From: Mobula hypostoma
Lineage: Eukaryota
Assembly: GCF_963921235.1 (NCBI RefSeq)
Contig: NC_086097.1
Location: 251,164,001-251,228,000, forward strand
Reading direction: 5' to 3'
Length of the DNA: 64,000 nucleotides
Each line of letters opens with the position of its first letter. Positions within the stretch are counted from its first letter, which is position 1. Below, one piece after another: positions 1-13,000 of this stretch. The notes beneath the pieces were generated by a model. That model did not search any database. It saw only the letters and a list, made by a program, of their open reading frames with translations, and had not been told where the DNA came from. A program made the translations under genes and the position numbers.

Positions 1-928
1 AATGGTGAAGTAGGCTTGAAGGCCTAATCCTGCTCCTATGGTCTTAAGGGTAAGATGGAAACCAAAGCAGGGAATGGAAAAAGGGAGAAGAGGGGGAGGT
101 GGGGAAGAAATTACTGAGAGATGGAGAAATCATGTCGTAAGCTTGGATGTTACCCAGACGTGGAGTATGAGGTGTTGTTCCTCCAACTGAGTGTGGCCTC
201 ATCGTGCTCACAAACCAAGATGGACAACAAAATGAATCCCTGGAGCATTCAAATGGCTTCTCACTACCAGCTACTTTCAAGGGGTTTTAGCTGTTTAGCT
301 TGTTATCTCCTGGGTAATCAGTACAAATCACATTTAAATGAGTGAACTTAGTCTCAACATGCTGCATAGACTGCTAAAGGTTTTCAGCATTTCATTTTTA
401 ACTTGGGACTTCTGGCATCTGTAGTTTTTAATATTCAAATGACTGAAGACTAGATAAGAGTGGACGTGAGAAGTTGTTTCCAAAAAAGATGATCAGAAAA
501 GTGGTCCATATTTCCAGCTTAACTGGAAATAAGCCATACATTACAAGAAAACTATTTTCACATTGCAATAATATGGCTAGGAAAGTGGAAATTACTTGAA
601 CCTTATTCAGTTCAGAGGGAAGAAACAGAAGTTTTAATGTTTTTTAGAATATATGTTTTTGATAAAACTAGTCAAAAGTGAGTAGTGGGATAAGAGAACC
701 ACCTTAAGGAGTTAAAAAGTTCTCTCTACAAACATGGAGATGTGAATTTTGAGTGCACACAACTGGCACATCAATATGGGATAACAGATAACCAAAAGCC
801 AAGTCTAAACTGGTTTTATATTCATACAATATGTATAAATGTACGGCACCAACAGAAGATTCAATTTATTTTCCTGTTTCTTAACCGTGTATATCAAATG
901 AAAGCTGTTAAGTTTATTGACATCTCAC

Positions 929-1095
929 CTGGAAGTAATGAAGGTCTCGTGTTTATGTTTTCCCAATTTAAAGCCCTTGGACACCTTGGCTCTACCAGGG
1001 GAGGGTGGCTCTGAAAGGAAAGATCTCTCCAATTCCGCCTTCAAATCCATATCACAGCAGCACTTTTCAGCCAAGTCAATCAAGTCAACCTTGAC
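929..1095 (-). CDS. VIRMA: VIRMA exon (167 nt; [15 protein letters not shown]...[11 protein letters not shown])
   Basis: Manual translation; acceptor tttgtAG, donor AG|GTGAG. Confidence 0.95.
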
Positions 1096-4000
1096 CTACA
1101 AAGAAAATTGTTGTAAAGATCATGATGTGTGGAAGCAACTCTCAGCTCATAGAGCAACACACACAAATTGCTGGAGGAACTTGGCAGGTGAGGCAGCATC
1201 TATGGAGGGCAATAAAGAGTTGATGTTTTGGGCTGAGACTCTTCTTCAGGACTGGAAAGGAAGGGGGAAGATCCCAGAATAAGGAGGTGGAGGGAGGGGA
1301 ATGAATACAAGCTGCAAGATAATAGGTCTTTTTACATTATATGTCAATGATTTGGATGATGGAAACGATGGCTTTGTTGCAAAGTTTGCAGATGACACAA
1401 AGATAGGTGGAGGGGCAGGAGGTTTTCAGGAAGTAGAGAAGCTACAGAGGGACTTAAGACAGATTAGGAGAATGCGCAACTAAATGACAGATGGAACGCA
1501 GTGTTGGGAAGTGTATGGTCATGCACTTTGGCAGAGCAATGAAAAGGTTGGCTATTTTCTAAATAGAGATAAACTACAAAAAACTGAGGTGCAAAGGGAC
1601 TTGGGAGTCCTTGTGCAGGATTCCCTAAAGGTTAATTTGCAGGTTGAGTTTGTGGTTAGGAAGACAAATGCAATGTTAGCATTCATTTCAAGAGGACTAG
1701 AATATAAAAGCAACATTGAGACTTTATAAAGCACTGGTGAGGCCTCATTTGGAGTATTGTGAGCAGATCTGGGCCCTTTATCTTAGAAAGGATGTGCTGA
1801 AACACAAACACCTACGTCAGGTTGCTGTTCATCGACTAAAGCTCAGTATTAAATACCATCAATCCCACAATCCTGATTGAGAAGTTGTAGAACCTGGGCC
1901 TCTGTATCTCCCTCTGCAATTCGATCCTCAACTTCCAACCCGAAAGACCACAATCTGTGAGGATTGGTGATAACATCTCCTCCTCACTGACAATCAACAC
2001 TGGTGCACCTCAGGGGTGTGTGCTTAGCCCACTGCTCTGCTCTCTATATACCCATGACTGTGTGGCTAGGCATAGCTCAAATACCATCTATAAATTTGCT
2101 GATAATACAACCATTGTTGGTAGGGTGACAAGAGAGTGTAAAGGAGTGAGATATGCTAACTAGTTGCAGCAATAACCTAGCACCCAACGGCAGTAAGACA
2201 AAAGAGCTGATTGTGGACTTCCAGAAGGGTAAGACGAAGGAACACATACCAATCCTCAGAGGGATCAGAAGTGGAGAGAGTGAACGATTTCAAGTACCTG
2301 GGTGTCAAGCTCTCTGAGGATCTAACCTAGTCTCAACACATCGATGTAGTTATAAAGAAGGCAAGATAGTGGTTATACTTCATTAAGAGTTTGAAGAGAT
2401 TTGGTACATCAACAAATACACTCAAAAATTTCTACAGATGTTCCATGGAGAGCATTCTGACAGGCTGCATCACTGTCTGATATGGGAGGGGGGTGGGGGG
2501 GGCGACTGCACAGGACCAAAAGAAGCTGCAGAGGGTTGTAAATTTAGTCGGCTCCATCTTGGGTACTTGCCTGCAAAGTACCAGGACATCTTCAAGGAGC
2601 GGTTTCTCAGAAAGGCAGTGTCCATTATTAAGAACCTCCAGCACCCAGGGCATGCCCTTTTCTCACTGTTACCATCAGGTAGGAGGTACAGAAGCCTGAA
2701 GGCACACACTCAGCGATTCAGAAACAGCTTCTTTCCCTCTGCCATCCGATTCCTAAATGGACATTGAATCCTTGGGACTTTTTTTTATATATTATTTCTA
2801 TTTTTTGCACGATTTTTAATCTTTTCAATATATGTATACTGTAATTGATTTACTTATTTATTATTATTATTTTATATATTTTTTTTCTATATTATGTATT
2901 GCATTGAACTGCTGCTGCTGCTAAGTTAACAAATTTCACGACATATGCTGGTGATAATAAACCTGATTCTGAAACTGGAGAGGGTTCAAAGGAGCTTCAC
3001 GAAAATGATTCCAGGATTAAATGGCTCGTCATATGAAGAACATTTGATGTTTCTGGGCCTGTATTCACTGGAATTCAGAAGAATGAGTGGTGACCTGACT
3101 GAAATCTATCAAATGGTGAAAGAGTGATAGAATGGATGTGGAAATGATATTTCCTATGGTGGGAGTGTCTAAGACCAGAAGACACAGCCTAAGAATAGAG
3201 GGACATCATTTTAGAAAAGAAATGAGAAGGAATTTCTTTAGCCAGAGAATGGTGAATATGTGGAATTTTTGCCACAGGCAGCTGTGGAGGCCGTTTTTAT
3301 GTATATTTAAGGCAGGGGCTAATATTACCTTGATTATTTGAAGGGATACGGGGAGAAGGCAGAAGACCGGGGCTGAGAGGAAAATTGGATCAGCCATGAA
3401 GAAATGGCAGAGCAGACTCGATGAGCCAAATGGCCTAATTCTGCTCCTATATCTTATGGTCTTATGGCAAAACCAAGTGGGTTGGGTAGGAGAGATGAAG
3501 AAAGAAGCTGGGTGGTAATAGGTGGAAAAGGTAAAGGACAGGAATAAAAGGACTCTGATAGGAGAAGAGAGTTGGACCATGGGAGAAAGGGAAGGGGGGG
3601 GGCTACCAGAAGGACATGATAGATGGATGAGAAGAGGTAAGAGAAGAAGAGAGGGAAATTGAAGAGGAGGAAAGGGGAAGGAGGAAAAAAATGACCAGAA
3701 ATTGGAGAAATCAATGTTCATACCATCAGTTTGGAGGTTATCTCATAGAACTGCAAATGTGAACGTAAATGAGAATTGCAACACATTCTATCAAATTCCT
3801 TCCCCCCAAACCCTGAGTCCCACATTCTGTTTGTGACACCTAGCTCCTCCAACAGATTGTTTGATGATGCCAAGGGCTTTGCTTCTTCTTTGAAGAGTTC
3901 AAACCAGACCCCTCCAACATCACTGGTGTATAAGAGCATAAGATATAGGAGCAAACTTACACCATTTGGCCCATCCAGCCTGCTTTAAATATACCCAATA

Positions 4001-7000
4001 ACTTGGCGACCACAGTTGTCTGTTGCAATTAATTCCACCGATTCACCATCCTCTGACTAAAGAAATTCCTCCTCATCTCTGTCCCTCTTTTCTGAGACTG
4101 TACCCTCTGGTCCTAGACTCCTCCACTATTATAAATATCCTCATTATATCCACTCTTATTGAGTCCAATCAACATTTGAAAGGTTAGGAATAGTTGGTGC
4201 TGTTGAGATCTTTTTGACACCCTGGCTAATCAAGAACCTATAAACCTCCACTTTAAATAGACCCAACGACTTGGCCTCCACAGCTGTCTGTGGCAATGAA
4301 TTCCACAGATTCACTACCCCCGGATAAAGTTGTTCACCCTTATATCTGTTCTAAAGGCGTCCCTTTTGATAAAACCTGTTTTCCTCAGATCAGCGTTTAC
4401 AAAACTGAAGGAAGATGTCTACTTCTGCACTTACCATATCCAAATCAGTTTCAAGCTCCTCAGCTTGGAATGGTGAAAGCCAGAGCGTCTTTAACTGGTC
4501 ATCTACAACATCTGCTAACACATACACAGTCCTAGAATAACCAAAACACTTTGTCACTTTGTTAGAAATACAAACATGTGCAGTTGAAAAAAAACTCAAA
4601 TTTAACACCGAAATCTTAAAACACAAGAGATTCTGCAGATGCTAGAAATCCAGAGCTACACACACAAAACGCTGGAGGAACTCAGCAAGTCAGGCAGCAT
4701 CTATGGAGGGGAATAAACAGTCAACATTTCAGACTAAGGCCCCTCATCGAAACCTCTCCATAGATGCCTGTCCTGACGAAGGGTCTCGGCCTGAAACGTC
4801 GACTGCACCTCTTCCTAGAGATGCTGCCTGGCCTGCTGCGTTCACCAGCAACTTTTATGTGTGTTGCTTGAATTTCCAGCATCTGCAGAATTCCTGTTGT
4901 TTGCTGCCTGACCCGCCGAGTTCCTCCAGCATTATGCATGTACTGCTCTAAAATTCAATGCTTATTGCTTTTTCAGAATACAAAATGATTTCTGTCATTT
5001 TAAATTTGAGGCAGGAATTCCAATGAAATAGAGATGTTACTGGCCCATTCTAAAAATGTTTTAAATGAAATTTTGCGACACTGCATTATGCTTCAATATA
5101 TTGTACAAAAATGGAAATATATCACACAACCATAATTAATTTGGGAGTGACAATCTGAATTTGAACCAATTCAAATTACAGTATCTTTGTCTCATAGTAT
5201 TTTTCCACACAAAAATGACATGAAGATAATTTAGTTTTAATAATAGCTGGTCTTCAAATAAGGCAAATTTTGAAACTTTAAGCCTTTAGAAGTTAAAACA
5301 AGATTATATTGGTTCGTAATTCAGTTTTCATTCAAATTGTTAAGCAGACACCAGACACTAAAATTTCAATAATGACTAACCAGCAAGCAGGAATGATTAA
5401 TCTATTTTAAAATCCAAAATTAAAAGCCAAGTCATTTGTTCCCAGTTAGAATATTTAAATTATAAACCAGTTTTCCACTAGGAAAAATAACTTTTCATTT
5501 TCAGCTAAATATTGAGAAACCATTTTCCAGTATGTTTTAATGATTTCATTCTTGATTTCCTTAAGAGTCTGTGGAGATTTGGCATGACATCTAAAACTTT
5601 GATAAACTTCTATAGATGTGTAGTGGGAAGTGTATTGACAGGCTGCATCCTGCCCTGGTATGAAAATACCAATCCCTTTGAATGGAAAATCCTACAAAAT
5701 GTGAAGGATTCAGCCAGTACATCACAGGTAAAACCCTTCCAACCACTGAGCCCACCTACATGAAATGATTATCACGGAAAGCAGCAGAGATCCCCACCAC
5801 CCAGGCTATGCTCTTTTCTCACTGCTGCCTTTAGGTAGAAGGTACAGGTGCCTCAAGATTCTCACCACCAGGTTCAAGAACAGTTCCTATCCCTCGATCG
5901 TCAAGCTCTTGAACAAAGGGGATAACCACACTCAACTTGTCCCATCCAATGAGATGGTGCTGCAGCCAACGATCCCACTTTAAGGACTCTTTATCTTGTT
6001 ATTTCATGTTCTTGTTATGCATTACTATTTATTTATATTTGCATTTGCACAGTTTGATGTCTTCTACACTCTGGTTGATCTTTCATTGATCCTGTCAAAG
6101 TTACTATTCTATACATTTGCTGAATATGCCTGCAGGAAAATTAATCTCAGGGTTGTATGTGGTGATGTTTATGAAATCTGATAATAACATTTACTTTGAA
6201 CTTTGAACTGAACACCCTTTTGAAACTGAAGAATCCAGTGAGGAATGAATATTGCGTCCTATTGAATGAGGCAGATTAATAGTAAACCTGACGTAAGACA
6301 GCCAATATAACTTCCTTAAATTCTACATTTCATATAAGCCAGCAAAAAATATACCGAATATTATCACTACTGTTCTTAAAATACTGGAATCTTCGAGATG
6401 AATGTGTGACTGGACCTTGGACTTGTTGACAGAAAGAACACAGTCAAATTCACTGTTGACACAACAAAGGTTGGAATTATCAACAATGATGTAACGTGTT
6501 ACAAAGAGTAGGTAGACTGACTTCCAGAATGTTGTGAGCACAAAAACCAGAGTCTCAACGTGGACAAGACTGAAGAGATGACTGTGGACTTTAGAAAGGT
6601 GCAGGCTGACCACTCCTCACTACACATAAATGATTTCTCTGTGGGGAAAGTTAGGAGAACCAAGTTTCTGGGAGTGAATGTAACAGACAATCTCACGTGG
6701 TCCCTCAACACCACTTCTCTGGTCAAGAAAGCACAGCAGTGTCTCTGCTTCCTGAGGAACTTGAGGTGAGTGAGGCTCCTCCCCCCATTCTAACCAATTT
6801 TTACAGGAGCACCACTGAGTGTCCGGACCTGGTGCATCACTGTCTGGTATGGGAACTGCTAGGCATCTGACCGAAAGTCTCTAGTCAGGGCCTAAGCGTT
6901 GGCAAAGATCACTCCCATCCATCCCACAATCTCTTTGACCCCTTACCATCAGTGAGGAAGTACCGTAGCATTAGAACAGGAACTGTTAGGGTGGGAAACA

Positions 7001-10000
7001 TAGTTTTCCCTCAGGCCACGAGACCACTGAACTCCCTGCCACCACCCATGTCTCATCATGGATAAATGCCAGTAGCATTATACTTTTCACTTTTTAACTT
7101 GTGTCGTAAATGCACCTCATGTGAAATGTCAATCATCTGGAATGTATTTTATTATTCCTTTAATTTATTTGTGGTGATATTACTTTATGTGTCATGTGTG
7201 TAAATTATATGTATTGTGTTGTGCACCTTGGTCCAGAGGAACTTTGTTTCATTTGGAACAAGCTGCAGGTATATGTTTGAATTACAATAAACTTGAAATT
7301 GAATTTTCCAATATTGTGTCATTGCTATTTTCTGCCTTCTCCTTCCTCTGCTGCAAGAATCGTCCAAGTGACAACTAGCACCAACCACTACTACGTCATC
7401 TTGAAGCTTACTGGCAATGCCAGATAGATGCTGAAGGCAGATCTAACTACTTCCAAACTGGATAGTGATTCACTGCACTTTAAAACAAAATCAGAGCTTC
7501 CAATAATGATGTTAAGGATATGTTTAAAATATTTTGCCCATTATTATACAGTTTGGTAGCTTTTAAACTTTTCATTGTTCAGCTGTCATTTAACCACCAA
7601 CTATCCTGAGTGGCACGGCAGCAGAGTGGTTAGCACAACGCTTTATAGTACAGGCGACCTGGGTTCAATGTAAGGAGTCTGTACATTCTCCCTGAGAGTT
7701 TCCTCTGGGTGCTCCAGTTTCCTTCCAGAGTCCAAAGACATACCAGTTGGCAAGTTAATTGGTCATTGTAAAATGTCCTGTGATTAGGCTAAGACTAAAT
7801 TCAGGGATTGCTGGGCAGCATGTCTCGAAGGGCCAGAAGGGCCTATTCTGCACCGTATCTCAATCAATAAAATATAGTAAATATATAAATAAATAGCAAA
7901 TAAATAAAAGGTTTAAAATTAAAATAAACACCAAATATATTATACCAAATCAGCCTCTAATTGATATATATTAATCAATTTAATAAATTATACCAAATCA
8001 GCCTGTAATTAGTATATATTAATCAGAATTAAGAGGCCTGCTAGGATATTGTTGTAAAATTAAAGCTTTACAGAGGAGTATAGCAGACTGTCCCCCACAT
8101 CATTAGGATGTGTTGGTTGTTAACGCAAACTATGCATTTCAATAACTATGATTCTGAAGAGTATTTGTAACGTTTCGTTTACATTACACAACTAGGCTTT
8201 ATGATAGGTTCCCGTCTGAAGGAAGAGCTCAGATTTATTCTTGTTTAGTCCTCACCACATTAATTTAATTTTTAAATGAAACAATAAGATAACACTTGCA
8301 ACTTTTGAGATGTATAGTGTGTACCTGTTGTTAAACTGGACAGGAAGAGGTTCTGTAGCTGGAAGAACGGGTTCCACATCCTGCTCAGTAGTGGGCAAAA
8401 CATCTGGAGTACTTTCCAATATCTGTCGCAATCCAACAACACTTTCCAGTAAAGAGTCAAAACTATCATCCTCTTTACACAGCTCCTGTGACAAAAATAA
8501 ATTGTATTTATTTATTTATTTACTTACTTACTTACAGGCCTTTACACTTGGAGCATTGTGTTCATTTCTGGTCACCTCATGAGAGGAAGGATGTGGAAGC
8601 TTGAGAAAAGGTGTAAAGGAGATTTACCAGGAAGCTCTCTGAACTAGAGAGCACATCTTATGTGGGCAGGTTGAGAGGTTGAGCAAGCTAGGGCTTTTCT
8701 CTTTGGAGGTAACTTGATTGAGGTGTGCAAGGTAATGAGAGGTATAAATAGAGGGGACTGCTCAGGATACTAAATTGAGTGTGGGAGCAAATCGTGCAGA
8801 AAATACAGAGAGTCTGCAGAGAGATATAGATAGGTTAAGTGAGTGGGCAAGGGTCTGGCAGATGGAGTACAATGTTGGTAAATGAAAGGTCATCCACTTT
8901 GGAAGGAAAAATGGAAGAGCAGATATTCCTTTACCATATCTATCTCCTTTACCATAGCATTGGAGAGGGATAGGAACAAAGACGTTAGGAAAGCATTTAA
9001 TTGGAGTAAGGGGAAATATGAAGTTATCAGACAGGGACTTGGAATGCATAAATTGGGAACGCAATGCGACTAAACACGTTGATGAAGGTAGAGCCGTAGC
9101 TGTAGTGTATAGGGATTTCAGCAAGGCATTTGATAAGGTACCCCATGCAAGGCTAATTGAGAAAGTAAGGAGGCATGGAATCCAAGGGGTCATTGCTTTG
9201 TGGATCCAGAACTGGCTTGCCCACAGTGGTTGTAGATGGGTCATATTCTGCATGGAGGTCAGTGACCAGTAGTGTGCCTCAGGGACCTGTTCTGGGACCC
9301 CTACTCATTGTGATTTTTATAAATGACCTGGATGAGGATGAGGAAGTGGAGGGATAGGTTAGTAAATTTGCTGATGACACAAAGGTTGGGGGTGTTGTGG
9401 GTAGTGTGGAGGGCTGTCAGAGGTTACAGTGAGACACTGATATGATGCAAAACTGGGCTGAGAAGTGGCAGATGGAGTTCAAACCAGATAAGTGTGAAGT
9501 GGTTCATTTGGGTAGGTCAAATATGATGCCAGATTATAGCACTAATGGTAAGGCTCTTGGCAATGTGGAGGATCAGAGGGATCTTGGGGTCCGAGTCCAT
9601 AGGACACTCAAAGCTGCTACGCAGGTTGACTCTGTGGTTAAGAAGGCATACGGTGCATTGGCCTTCATCAAACATGCAGTTGAGTTTAAGAGCCGAAAGG
9701 TAATGTGGCAGCTATATAGGACCCTGGTCAGACCCCACTTGGAGTACTGTGCTCAGTTCTGGTTGCCTCACTACAGGAAGGATGTGGAAACCATAGAAAG
9801 GGTGCAGTGGAGATTTACTGGATGGGGGAGCATGCCTTATGAGAATAGGTTGAGTGAACTCGGCCTTTTCTCCTTGGAGTGACGGAGGATGAGAGGTGAC
9901 CTGATAGACGTGTATAAGATGATGAGAGACATTATGTGGATAGTCAGAGGCTTTTTCCCAGGGCTGAAATGGCTAACACAAGAGGGCACAGTTTTAAGGT

Positions 10001-13000
10001 GCTTGGAAGTAGGCACAGAGGAGATGTCAGGGTAATTTTTTTTTATGCAGAGTGTGGTGAGTGCGTGGAATGGGCTGCCAGAAACGGTAGTATAGACAGA
10101 TACGAAAGGGCCTTTTAAGAGACTCGTGGATAGGTACACAGAGCTTAGAAAAATACAGGGTTATGGGTAACCCTAGGTAATTTCTATTGCTCGGCACAGC
10201 TTTGTGGGCTGAATGGCCTGTATTCTGCTGTAGGCTTTCTATGTTTCTATTATTATTTAAATGGCAAAAATTGCAGTACGCTGCTGTGCAGAGGGAGTTG
10301 AGAGTGCTTGTGCATGAGTCACAAAGGGTCGGTTTACAGGTGCAGCAGTCCATCAAGAAGGCAAATCGGATGTTGGCCTTCACTGCCAGACGGTTTGAAT
10401 TGAAGAGCAGGAAGGTTATGCTGCAACTATACAGGGTACTGGTGAGGCTGCATCTGGAGTACTGTGTGCAGTTCTGGTCTCCTTACTTGAGGAAGGATAT
10501 ACTGGCTTTGGAGGTGGTGCAGAGGAGGTTCACCAGGTTGATTCCAGAGGTGAAGGGGTTAGACTATAAGGAGAGATTGCTTGGGACTGTCTTGCTGGAA
10601 TTCAGAAGAATGAGAGGAAATCTTATAGAAACATATAAAATTATGGAAGGGATAGATAAGGTAGAGGCAGGAAAGCTGTTTCTACTGGTAGGTGAGACAA
10701 GAACTAGGGGGACATAGCCTCAAGATTCGGGGGAGTAGTTTTAGGACAAAGATGAAGAAGAATTGCTTTGCTGAGAGAGTGGTGAATCTCTGAAATTCTC
10801 TGCCCAATGAAGCAGTGGAGGCTATCTCAGTAAATATATTTAAGACAAGGTTGGATAGATTTTTGCATAGTAGGGGAATTAAGGGTTATGTGGAAAAGGC
10901 AGGTAGGTAGAGATGAGTCCATGGCCAATTCAGCCATGATCTTATTGAATGGCAGAGCAGGGTCATCAGGCCAGATGGCCTACTCCTGCTCCTATTTCTC
11001 ATGTTCTTAAAGAAACTTGTTAGAAATCTATGACAGAGAACGAATGAATGGAGGGAATCTAAAACAAGGGAGAACACTGGCAAAATCAAACAGATCAGGC
11101 ATGAACTTGGAGAAAAATTGAGTTAATATGACAGGCGTACAGCTGTAAAGAATTGTGAGGACTTCCAGGAGTTGAATTGAAACAAGTATTAGTTGCTTAT
11201 CCTCAAGCTTACACTGTACATTGAAGTCTCCAACCAGGCAACATCGATTTCTCTAACTTCTGGTAACTACTTCCCTCTGTCCCCCCACCCCTCTAACACC
11301 TCTGGCCCCTTCACCCCTTCTCTTTCCCCTGCCAGCTCCTGGAACCAGTCCATCTTCCTCCCTCTGGTCCCACACCTCCCACTCTTTCTTCCATGGTCCA
11401 CTGTCCTCTCCTATCAGATTCCTTCTTCTTTTGTCCTTTGTCTCTTTCACTCATCACCTTCCAGCTCCTTACATCAGCCCTGCCTTCCATACCTTCCTGC
11501 TTTCACTCTCTCACCTGGATTCACCTATTATACTCCAGCCCCTCCCCTTTTACTCTGATATCTGCCCTTCTCCTTTCTGTTAGACTAGGAGGCTTAGGAG
11601 CAGAATTAGGCTATTTGGCCCTTCGAGTCTGCTTTGTCATTCCATCATGGCTGATTTATTATCCCCCTCAATCCCATTCTTCTGCCTTCTCCCCATGATC
11701 TTTTTCACCCTGACTAAGAAAGCTCCACTTTAAAATAACATGGCCTCCACAGCATCTATCGAAATGAGTTCCACAGAGTCAATGGTTAGTAAAAACTGCC
11801 AAGAGGATCACCAGGGTGTCCCTCTCCCCTACTTGTGTCATTTACCAGGAGCAAAGGGCCCAAGGCTTGTTGAGGATCCCTACCACCCATCCACAATTAC
11901 TTTGACCAACTACCATCAGGAAGGAGGTACAGGAGCTTTTGGACTAGGACTGCCAGACTGGGTAACAGCTTCTTCCCTTGGGCTGAGAGACTAATAAGTA
12001 CCCTGCCACCACCGAGGTCTTGTCACTAGGACAGTCAGCTGTTTACTGTTTACCTGTGCTGGGCAGGACATGCATTCAGAATTATATTTTATTAACTTAC
12101 TTGTGGTAATACTTTGTTCCATGTGATATATGTTGTGTGCTGCACCACAGTCCGGAGGAACGTAGTTTTATTTGATTGACTATATGTGCAGTCAGATGAC
12201 AATAAACTCAAGCTTGATTCACCACTCTCTGGCTAAAGAAATCCCTTCTCAGCTCTGTTCTGATGGGATGCCCTTTTACTATAAGGCCATGCCCTGTGGC
12301 CCTAGACTCTCCCACTATTGAACATTTCCTCTTCATGTCCATTTCCAGTCCTGATAAAGGGCCTTGCACAAAAAGGTCAACTGTTCATTTCCCTTCATGG
12401 ATGCTGCCTGACCAGCTGATTTGAACACTCAGTGTTTAAGACACAGCTTTGCCCCCTCTGTCATCAGATTTCCGAATGGTCCATGAATACAGCCTCATTA
12501 GTTTCTTCTCCTTTTGTACTACTTATTGATTACATGTAATCATGTAATCATCTTAATGCGACTTATAGTAATTTTTAAGTAACGCACTATACTGCTGTTG
12601 TGAAACAACAAATTTCACGATGTAAGTCAGTGATAAAAAAAATCCTGATTCTGAGTTCCTCCAGCATTTTGTGTGCATTGCTCTATTTTTCCAGCAATTG
12701 GCCTGTCTCGTGTCTCCACTGCACATTGGTAGAACCACAAAGAAGGCTAAAGATGGAGCTCTGCGTTGGAATAAGATGCAGAATTAAAGTGATAGGTAAT
12801 TGACAGCCATTTAAAAACTATCCAGGAAAGAATTTAACAATTCTTATTTTCCTTGGACATGCTGAACCAAATAAATTTAGTAATAAAAAATCTTGCCCCT
12901 CACTTCTTTGAAATTACCGCCCCCCCCATCTTAAAATGCATGCCCTCTAGTATCAGTCATTACAATCCTGGGAAGAAGATACTCCCCGTCTACCTGTGCC

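Larger units (their letters stand above)
1150..3750 (-). mobile_element. Old Penelope-like element 3' end (pieces ~1150-1325 and ~3466-3750) split by nested CR1 and Rex/Babar insertions
   Basis: Terminal motif gctggaggaact...ggcagcatctatggag, degenerate hammerhead at ~1220-1253, and GIY-YIG C-terminus (MNIDFSNF) at ~3700-3750. Confidence 0.75.

Noticed and set aside
7611..7680. tRNA-like sequence
   Set aside because: It is a SINE head followed by the V-SINE core; no complete cloverleaf.
7941..8025. Two copies of a ~37-bp unit (tataccaaatcagcct..taatca)
   Set aside because: Simple local duplication; two units only, and not CRISPR-like in this eukaryotic context.
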